Part shown: in pieces, positions 14,641 to 24,500 of the stretch | Position numbering within the stretch: position 1 is the stretch's first letter | Layout: every line of letters begins with the position of its first letter | Assembly (NCBI GenBank): GCA_012295275.1 | Contig: CM022678.1 | Span: 2,294,001 to 2,358,000 of the forward strand | Direction of reading: 5' to 3' | Source of the DNA: Chrysomallon squamiferum | Taxonomy: Eukaryota; Animalia; Mollusca | Length of the DNA stretch: 64,000 nt | Notes under the pieces: generated by a model | The model's input: the letters and a program-made list of their open reading frames with translations, nothing else | Told to the model about the DNA's origin: nothing | Database searches by the model: none | Position numbers and translations under genes: made by a program

Positions 14641-15186
14641 AAAGCTACTATGAACTAATAATATTATAATAAATTTTTTGCATTGTTGTATTTGTTCGTA
14701 ACTGCTAATGCCCGCATTGGTAACACAGGAAAACATTAAATATCCAAACAAACGGTATATTTTAAGTAGGTATGCAGGAAGTAGGCCTGTCTCTATGACC
14801 GGTTTTGTTCTGCCTTGCGCATCAGTGACTGCCTTTTTGTTGTATTACCTGACCATAGTTTTAGGAAGATGGAATCAGTAGGGGATCAATCATCTCATAA
14901 AAGCAGTCGATAGAGGAATAAATATCCACGGAATAACTCATTATTTAATAATACAAAATTAATATTAATTGATTTCGTCAAATATTGATGCTGATGAAAA
15001 TCAGTTTATTCAAGAAGTTACCAAAAATGTAGACATTGATTGAAACTATTTTCAATAGAGAACGTTTAGTCATTTTTAATAACAAAAATCAATTCCATGT
15101 GCATTGACTTGGTATAATTATAATTTAATATTGAACTCTAAGGTGAAATGATTAAGGATATTCCTTTCTAAATAATAATAATAATA

Positions 15187-15221
<35 letters not shown>

Positions 15222-15347
15222 AATAACAATAATAACAATAATAATAAAATAATAATAGTAATAATAAAAATAAATAAATAAATAAATAAATAATAAAATA
15301 AAAACAGTTGACTAAACAAAGGAAAAACAGATTGTGATAACAGTAAG

Positions 15348-15449
<102 letters not shown>

Positions 15450-17729
15450 AAATTTAGTTTTTTGAATTTGAAATTTTAATATGGAGTTTTTTCTCATTAA
15501 AATTATTTTTGACATACCAGGTTATATAAGATTGACAATAGCTATGTTCTAAATTTATCAACATAATTAAACGAAAATTTATTATTTATTAAATTACATC
15601 CCTAAGATAAATTAAATCAAAAGATAAATACTATAATACAATTTTGTAAATATTTGTGAGTGAAATGTTTATTATTAATGTTGTCGCTGTCGTTAATTTT
15701 TGAAGTGGACAAGTTTGAACTTGTTAATCACGATTTCCGGTGATTGAACAGAACCACGTGATTTAAAATGGAGAAATTGAGGCATTGATTTGAGGTATTG
15801 TTCGCTATTTTATAATTATGTTGTATGTCCAGAAATGAAAAGTTTACCAGCTTCATATGTTGTATTAAAATAACTAACTAAAAACAGTTACATATGAGCA
15901 GTTAGAGTTGAAAGTGTGGTCTACTGAAGAACTCAGTGTTAAATTCTCTAGGAGTTTAAACTGAACAAAAAAGAGTGACACCTGCCTTAAATTCATTGTA
16001 ATACTTGTCTGGAAAATGCTGAGTGATTAATAACACAAGTGTTACAAAGACATTACCGTAAACTGAGTTGTGAAAGAACCCACAGGCAACAACGAAATGT
16101 AAAAGTTGTGTTAATTGTCAAACTATTTTTTATCAAAGTATTTTTATCACCAGTCCCATCTAACACTGAAAATATAATCTCAAAGTTATGCAATTGCAGA
16201 GTTCATAAAATAGTTTAAGAAAGCTGATTCAGAGAGAAAATGTTACATTCAGTCTCTAGATTACATCTGTAGTTAAAGGGTTCAGTGAAAAGTAAACATT
16301 CAGTTGCCTCTAGCATCCAATTCATCTCTACAGTTAAATGTTAGATTTGTCAAATAATCAGTTGCTGTCATTTCCAGTGCTAAGCTGATTCCACTTCGTT
16401 TGTGTATATAAAATGTTTTGATGATACCCAAATGTGCTCCAATAATTCAAAAATAGACTCCTGACTGGCCAGGGCAGAATTGTTAAAGCCTTGTTTTACA
16501 GGTGGACTGTTAGTTGATGAAATTACTAATGACAGTGAGTGTAGTCAAGCTAATACCAAATACATTTGCTGGACATCACTTCTGTATCATTCCTTTTGTC
16601 TGCCATATTTGTGCTTCTGACGTTTTCCTTCTTGTCATATTTACTGTGAATGACTCAGCTGTTGAATACAGTGGAGGTAAATATTCATATCTGATGCATG
16701 AACATTCTGCAGTTTGGATAAATTATGGATACATATTCGCAAGGTTTCACTTATAGTTTTTGTATAACTTAATTTAGTACTGATATTGAGAAAACTGAGC
16801 ATATAACTTAGTAAAATTAGTCTGATATTATATATACATTTTTATTGTTTATATTACAATTTAGTGTGAGTATTGAGAAAACTAAGAATATAATTTACTG
16901 AAACTATTCTCATATTATCTGCTCATTTTCATTGTTTATTTAACTTAATTTAGTAATAATAATGAAAAATGTTTCAATATAAGTTATTGAAACTATTTTT
17001 ATATTGTTTATTTACTTAATTTAGTAAAAGCATTATTATGATATGGGAATTTACATTGTTTATAGAGCATAGTTTGATATTAGGGTTAACAAAACTAAGA
17101 ACATAACCAAGTAAAACTATTTTTATAATTATTAGATTTACATAATTTAATAGTGCAGTTCAGAAAAAATACTATAAAGGCTTTGTGATTATGATTATAC
17201 ACGAGAGGAGGTTTTTCAGTTTTTCCTAACAGAGATGTTTCTCTGTCAGACAGTATGACAAAATTGTTTATATCTTTATCAGTGCAGTATACCTCAGTTT
17301 ACTGTTTACTTTTTGATAAGAAATTCTAAATGGACAAAATTATTATTTGTGTGTAAAAATGTAGCTTTTCAATTTATTGTTTACTTTTTATTACCATTTG
17401 TAAATTGACTGAAACTGATAATAAATTAACAATTCAAACGGCTTTATATACAGTCTGACAGACGAAAACATCAAAAAGGAAAATAAAAAGATAAATGACC
17501 AGAAAAAATATAAACATTTACACACTAATTTCTCCCGACTATTATAATTATTGTGTTGACCATTATTTACTGTAATACTAAGGTCATATGTCACAGCATC
17601 TGTGCATAATTAGTTAACAATATTGAGAACATTGTATACAGCAATACTGTTTAGACAAATTGTATTCCACTGTATTCTGCCAAATCTCTACATACAGATA
17701 AAAGCATTTTTTTTTTTTTTTTTTTTCAG

Positions 17730-17778
17730 ACACTACTACTATGTTTAATAATTATGTCTAATTCTCAGGATTTTGCAG
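17730..17778 (+). CDS. Candidate start-codon exon (ATG 17754: MSNSQDFA+G) of the STAND-ANK gene
   Basis: Long poly-T tract + cag acceptor, ATG TCT AAT TCT CAG GAT TTT GCA G|gtaaaa, ending in phase 1 and compatible with the RHIM exons; homologous segments end at 18195, 18662 and about 18987. Confidence 0.42.
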
Positions 17779-17842
17779 GTAAAAACATTTTTGGAAATTA
17801 TGTATTGAAATTGTGAATTATTAAAAAAATATTAGACTGCAG

Positions 17843-17905
17843 TACAACAGCTAGCAGACACATCTCATTCCAGTTCTTTTCAGTTAGGAAATAACTATGT
17901 ATCTG
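17843..17905 (+). pseudogene. RHIM-like cassette exon 1 (xQQLADTSHSSSFQLGNNYVS), probable pseudo-exon
   Basis: 63 nt, homologous to siblings, FQLG-NN core; the donor reads ataaat instead of gtaagt and the polypyrimidine tract is lost. Confidence 0.55.
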
Positions 17906-18267
17906 ATAAATTTAATAGATAACAGAATACACAGTAGTCATTAGTAGTACTTTTCTGTTAGACATTGTGACCCGAACAACATAGATACATGCACAATATA
18001 CAATGTATATTTATCTCTACCTACATTTAGCACATACACAAAAACGTACATATACACACATATACATACAGAGACACATACACAAATATATTCAAACAGA
18101 GTCACAGTGTATGTGTGTTAAACTGCATGTTGATATATCTCTACACATAGATTATAAATATTTAATAATGTTATATAATTCTCAGAATTTTGCAGGTAAA
18201 AATATTTTTAGAAATTATGCATTGAAATTGTGAATTATAAAAATGTATTTAATCTGTTTCACAGCAG

Positions 18268-18330
18268 GACAAGAGCCAGCAGACATATCTAATTCTGGTT
18301 CTACTGAAATAAGCGGTAACACTATAAACC
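18268..18330 (+). CDS. RHIM-like cassette exon 2 (xQEPADISNSGSTEISGNTIN), intact splice sites, degenerate core
   Basis: ctgtttcacagcag| (NAGNAG acceptor) ...63 nt...AAACC|gtaagt; phase 1-1; homologous to siblings but the QIG core is replaced by EIS. Confidence 0.68.
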
Positions 18331-18734
18331 GTAAGTTAAAAACTGAAAGTTTTCTCTTCCCTACATGTTTAATAGATAACACAGTACATAGTAGTCATTA
18401 ATACTACTTTTCTGTCACACATTGTAACATGAACAACATAGAAACATGCACATAAATTCATAGACACATTGCATACATACCTGTACTTACATTTAGCACA
18501 TACACAAAATATCTACATGCAGACTTGGAGTAAACAGACACACACAAATATATTCAGACGCAGTGTATGTATGTTTAACTGCATGTTGTCATATCTCTAT
18601 ATCTAGATACAAAAAACTGCTAATATATTTAATAATGATGTCTAATTCTGAGAATTTTGCAGGTAAAAACATTTTCTGAAATTATCCATTGAAGGTGTGA
18701 ATTATAAAAATGTATTTTCTCTGTTTCACTCCAG

Positions 18735-18799
18735 TACAACAGTCAGCAAACCTAAGTCATGTAGTTGTTGCTCAAATAGGAAATAACTATGTAAGCGGG
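18735..18799 (+). CDS. RHIM-like cassette exon 3 (xQQSANLSHVVVAQIGNNYVSG); 65 nt, frame-shifting as assembled
   Basis: ttctctgtttcactccag|...AGCGGG|gtaagt; AQIG-NN core; 2 nt longer than sibling exons, within a G-run. Confidence 0.6.
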
Positions 18800-19059
18800 G
18801 TAAGTTAAAAACTGAAAGTTTTCTCTTCTCTACATGTTTAATAAATAACAGAATACACATCACAGTAGTCATTTTCAGAGAAACAGTGTATGTATGTTAA
18901 AGTGTATACTGTCATATGTCTACGTAAACATTGTTGTTGTTTTTTGTATTTCGAACACTGCTTTATTCAATTCTCAAAATTTTGCAGGTAAAAACATTTT
19001 TAGAAATTATGGATTGAAATTGTGAATTATAAAAATGTATTCACTCTCTTTCACTGCAG

Positions 19060-19122
19060 ATCATCAGCCAGCAAACGTATCTCATTCTTGCTCTTTACAA
19101 ATAGGAAATAAATATGTATACG
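19060..19122 (+). CDS. RHIM-like cassette exon 4 (xHQPANVSHSCSLQIGNKYVY), intact
   Basis: ctctctttcactgcag|...63 nt...TACG|gtaagt; phase 1-1; LQIG core followed by N, resembling the RHIM (I/V)Q(I/V/L)G tetrad. Confidence 0.78.
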
Positions 19123-20534
19123 GTAAGTTAAAAACTGAAAGTTTAATAGATAACAAAATAGATAATAGATGTTTAATAGGTAACAAATACATAGTAGTCA
19201 TTAGTACTTTTCTATCTGAACAACATAGAAACATGCACATTTTATATGTATTATTTCAAATTTATAAAAAAAAAACATATTTCTAAAAACGGTTACGGAA
19301 AAGAAAATGATTGTGCAAATATTTTTCGGATAACCCATTAATAGCTCAAATAGAATTTACACAATCACAGATACACAGACAGATAATAACATATAAACAA
19401 ATACACACACAGACATTCACACATACAAACACGTTCAGGCATAGCATAAGTTCTGACTGAGATTTTCTTCTTAAACTGTTAATATAACAACATGAATTAA
19501 ACATGACTATATGCCTGTCATTATTATTATCTGTAAATACTAAATATACTGCAGAGTATACGTAACAACAAGAACAACAACAACAACAACAACAGCAATA
19601 AACAGTGGGGCGTCTAACGCAGTTGCAAGGAATCTGTAATTAACAACGTTGTCACGTAACCAAATCAGAACCCTGCGACGGGCGTAACACTCTTCCCCAA
19701 AAAGAACACTAACCAACATACAGTCCTCCCTGTATCGGGTAGATAGATACCCGATTTGTTTCGGTTCTAAGGGTATTCAGGGAACAAGGCCATATATGTA
19801 TTTATATTTACTGTTAAATCATTAGAAACACAAAAACACAAGTTTAGATTTAAAGAATATTTGTATTATGTTATCTAACAATAGTTATTTACCGAGTAAG
19901 CTTACAATGCTTCCACTGCCAATTACAAAACGTTTTACGCCACAAAATCACTCTCACCACATACGTGAACATGTGGGAGATATTAAAGATGTTTAAACTA
20001 CCACATCCCAAGATGTATTTGAATATGCAACAGTATCAAATTAACGTACTGCTTAGTGGGATGTTGACGTAATAATCAGTTAATCATAACATCGGTTTTG
20101 ACCTCAAATTCCCACTATTCTCACCCATTGTTTTAGAGATAATAACCCACAGTTAACTTCGATCAGTCTGATCTCAGATTGCCAGCTGTTTTCCAAAATA
20201 ATGGTTATACTATTTCAATACTTAAACATATACATTTTATTATTTAGGAACGACCATATAGGTCGTCTTTTAAAATTCCTTCTCCAGATTGGTGCTGAGA
20301 CTGGTTTCAACTTCAGCAGACATGCAGACGCTAGTGGGTCCCCAAAACAACATTTCACAATAGCTAATATAATTTTTAAGGAAATATGACATCCATTACG
20401 TATTAAAGAGGAGACTGGTTGTCTCTGTCACACCAACAGTAACAATAAACAAGAACATTAGTGATAAGAAACAAGAGCAGTATTTCTGAAAATAGTAGGA
20501 GTAATTATATAAAGTAAATAACAAAGATGGAGTC

Positions 20535-21122
20535 AGGGCATTTTCCCACCAGATATTTCTCCCCATGACAGTTCCCCCGTCTACCTGTTTTACCTGTCAA
20601 ATATCCTTATAGTCTGAGTCATTAATAAGATTTTTGAAGCGGCCAAACATCGCTTAAATTTGGAAATAATAAAACAGGATAAATTATTATTATTATGTTT
20701 TTGTTTGTTTATCAACAAACTTAACTGTTTAAACTTCATGTTGTTCTAAAGTTCATCAACAAACTACAAGCATTATCCAAATACCTGGCTGTTTCTGGAT
20801 GTTCCGGAATTTTGTTTTTTTAAATAAACCCTCAATACAGTAACACTGCACCAGATACTGTTGTGTCTACACAGACATCACCCAGCGGCTTCAGACTATC
20901 ATTACAGACTACGGCAACAGAGACTGCCAGGACGTGCTCCGTGTTGCTGCACACAATCTTCACATGTAAAATGTTTCAAATAAACAATTTATGTCATATA
21001 CAATTATCTTTTTATCTCCAGATAATCTGTACAAGAGATCAGTTATCCTTGGCATGGTAGATAGGGGGGAAATTGTCACGGGAGAAATGACCTATGGTGA
21101 AATATCAAAGGGGAAATGCCCT
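20535..21122. mobile_element. Non-autonomous inverted-repeat element (MITE-like, about 590 bp) in the intron before the linker exon
   Basis: Left agggcattttccc..atttctcccc.tgaca.ttccccc.tctacc is the imperfect reverse complement of right ggtagatagggggga aattgtcacgggagaaat..ggggaaatgccct. Confidence 0.65.
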
Positions 21123-21270
21123 AGAATCAATAACGATCTAATAATAATAAATTACATATTTACTGTTTCATGAATAAAGTGCAGAGTAATTGTACAGATC
21201 ACTTTAATCATTCTCTTTTACCCAGCATCAATAATACAAAGTTAATTGTTTTATTTTTATATTATTTCAG

Positions 21271-21303
21271 TAACGTCTGATGGAAGAGGATTCAATATCA
21301 AAG
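21271..21303 (+). CDS. 33-nt phase 1-1 linker micro-exon (xTSDGRGFNIK) of the STAND-ANK gene
   Basis: ttttatattatttcag|TAACGTCTGATGGAAGAGGATTCAATATCAAAG|gtattt; length is a multiple of 3, no stop, and it joins the 21576 exon in frame (G+AG=Glu). Confidence 0.75.
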
Positions 21304-21575
21304 GTATTTTGTTATTTTATTTTTTATATTTTTTTTTAAAGTTTTCAAAGATTTTCATAAATAGATAGAAAATCATCTCGTTACATTTACTTCATCTACA
21401 ATTGTGACATCTTTCTATCATCATTAAATTCTGATGAACTAAAATTATGACAAAAAACTACTGCTTTATTTCAAAAACTTCACATCTGATGAACAGTCAA
21501 AAACTATTTACATTGTAAACTATGTTTTAAACGGTCAATAACAGATACTATTTTTTTGTTTATGTTGTGATACAG

Positions 21576-24500
21576 AGACAACCAGGCCAGTGTTAAACTC
21601 AGTTGACTGGAGTGTCTATGTTGAAACAAGAGCAGAGAAAAGAGGTTTGAGACTTTTGAAGACATATGGTGTTGTGATTGTAGTAGGAAGTCCAGGTTCA
21701 GGAAAGACAACTCTCGCTTTGAGTATGATGAGACAGATAGAAATAGAAGAAAAAAGAGAATCTTACTTGCTGACTCATTACAGTGAATTCAATGACATCT
21801 CTCTATCTGAAAATAAGAAATGTGTTGTTCTAATTGATGATATATTTGGTAAGACTAATCTTGTTTCAGATTTTATAGAGTTGTGGAAACAAAAATTTCC
21901 AAAGATATGGAGTCTTGCTCAGGATGGTTCTTTGAAATGTATTATTACTTTAAGAAAACAAATATATTCAGGAAATGAAACAAATTTGATAAATTTAGAT
22001 CTCTTTAATGAGAAACATATTCTTGACCTGCAGAGTCATGACTATTGTCTGGAGTATAATGAAAAGGAAGAAATTCTAAACAAATATCTTGAAGAAAAGG
22101 ATGTTCCAATGGATGAAACTGATAAAATGACTGTCATTAAAAGTTCATGTACAGAGTTAGGATTTCCTCAGGTGTGTGTGCATTATGTTAATTCAAGTGA
22201 TGCACAGAAAAGAGGAGTTGAGTTTTTTAAGAAACCTGTAGAATATCTTCAAAAAGAACTGAGAGATTTGAAAACTGTCGAATCTTCACAGATCAACTAC
22301 CTGGTTCTACTGCTGATTTTGTTCAAACAAGGCAGTCTCAGCATTGATTCACTGGATCCATCTCAAAATGGCTCTGACAGTGACATAATGAAATTAGTAA
22401 GACAACTAGAGCAATTCTGTCAAAGTCTAGAAAACACTGGTCTTACAGATATCAAGGAAACAGCTGCTGTTATGTGTGGTACCTATTTGAAGCGTTGTGA
22501 CAATAAATACACATTTATTCACCAGTCTGTGTTTGACTGTTTGTTTCTGATGTTTTCAGAGAAAGCAGCAGAGTTGCTAGAAGTGTGTCCTGTCTTCATG
22601 TTGTTAGAATATGTTGTGACGCCTGGAGTGTCTAACAAAACTCACATTACAATGACTGTGAGACCTGACTGCTTTGATGTTCTTGCTCGCAGATTTACTG
22701 ACCTGCTGGCGTCAGATAATTTCACGGAAATTATTTCACATCCATCACTGAAAGATGAAGAGTTTCTAAAATACCTCATAGAAGAAAAAAACTTTTATGG
22801 TAGGTTGTCTGAAATTTTACATCAAAGACTATCTGGAGAACATCAAAATCAATATACTTATATATCATTTGTACATGTAAACTCAACTGAAATTATTAAT
22901 TGTATTTCATATCTTGTTGACTATCATTCTAGGTATACATTTCCTATCAGTCTTGTGGGAAATGTTATAAATTCAACATCTGTTCCAAGTGAGTGTATCG
23001 TGAATAAACATAGAACATTGTCAAAATATTTCACATCAAAACTGTTTGAAACGGACTTAATAGACATGAAAAAAGAACTTTTGGATATTTCTTGTTTGTT
23101 TGGTGATGAAGATGTTGTGAGAATATTGCTAGAATCAGGTGTTGTTCCAACATTTGATACACTGACTGCAGCTGCTTGTTCAAAAACAGACAGTGCTACC
23201 GTACTCAAAGAACTGTTTCAGTGTAAAAAGGACATGCAACTGAATATGTATTCTCGCTTGTTACATACTTCAATACTTACAAGTAAAATGAACATTTCTT
23301 GTCTGTTGGCTGACATGATAAATAAAGAGGAAAACAACAGTGAAATAAAGGAGAAAGCTGTGAAACTGTTACTGGTTAGGTTCCATAGACATACAAATGC
23401 GATTGAGAAGTGTCTGGGAAAATCAGCGACGTTTAAAGTCGATGTAAGCCTTCTGTTTAAGAAACTGATTACCACTGATATAATAAACAAAATTAAAGGC
23501 ATTGCTATCGTTGCTGGTGGTCAGAACACTTCAACTGTTATAAAAGAAATAGTGAAACTGAAACCTGATTGTATAAATGATGAGAACAGAGATAAAGTAC
23601 TGTTAGAAGCAGCTATGTGGGGATGTGCTGACACAGTGAATTTTCTCATTGAGCAGAGACAAAATGATACAGATGAGAACAACTGGAAGAAAAGTGAAGT
23701 ACTGAAAGTAGCAGTGATGTTTAACAGTGTAGATGTTGTTCAGTGTCTACTTGATAAAGGAGCTGATCCTAATGTGAATGTAGCTGTTAACAAGAATTTG
23801 GTTGAGTCATTTAAACAGGAAAGTGAAGTGGAAATGTTGACTTCAGACACACCCCTCCACATTTCAGTTCTGCGTGGTGACTTAGATATAGTAAAATCAC
23901 TGATAAAGAGAAAAACTGATGTTAATGCAGTAAACAGTGAGGGAGAAACTCCACTTCATGAGACTGTAAAAGCAGTGAGGCACAGAAAGGAAATAGCTTT
24001 GTTGTTACTGCAAAATGGTGCTGATATTAACATAAGAGATACACGAAAAAATACAGCATTGCACATAGCATCTCAAATTGACATAGATCAGGTAAAAGAC
24101 ATAGTAAAGAAAGGCGTTGAAATAAATGTAACAAACACTGCAGGTGAAACTCCTCTTTTTATATCCTTAAACACCAACAGACGGGAAATAGCTTCGTACT
24201 TACTAGAACAAGGAGCTGATTTCACTTTAACAGATAATGATAAAAATTCTGTTTTACATTTAGCAGCTAAATATGGAAATATAGAAATTGTGACCGCACT
24301 GATTGAAAAAGGTTTTGATGTAAATACTAAAAACAGCCGAGGTGAAACTCCTCTTTTTGCAGCTCTTGTTTTCTGTTTGCGTGATACATCTCTGAATATT
24401 GAAAAATATAAAGTATTTTTCTATTTACTGCAAAATGGAGCTGATCCTAATTTAACAGACAATCATAGCAATTCTGTTTTACATTTAGCAGCTAAATATG

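Larger units (their letters stand above)
17700..19250 (+). repeat. Four diverged tandem units (about 330-470 bp), each carrying one RHIM-like exon
   Basis: Recurring landmarks in each unit: ttttgcaggtaaaaacatttt..gaaattat..attgaa..tgtgaattataaaaatgtatt, gtaagttaaaaactgaaagttt, tagtagtcatta.tactttt. Confidence 0.9.

Noticed and set aside
21590-21592. GTG start of the 1917-aa ORF, suggesting an intronless or prokaryote-like gene
   Set aside because: An in-frame splice acceptor lies 14 nt upstream; the context is spliceosomal.
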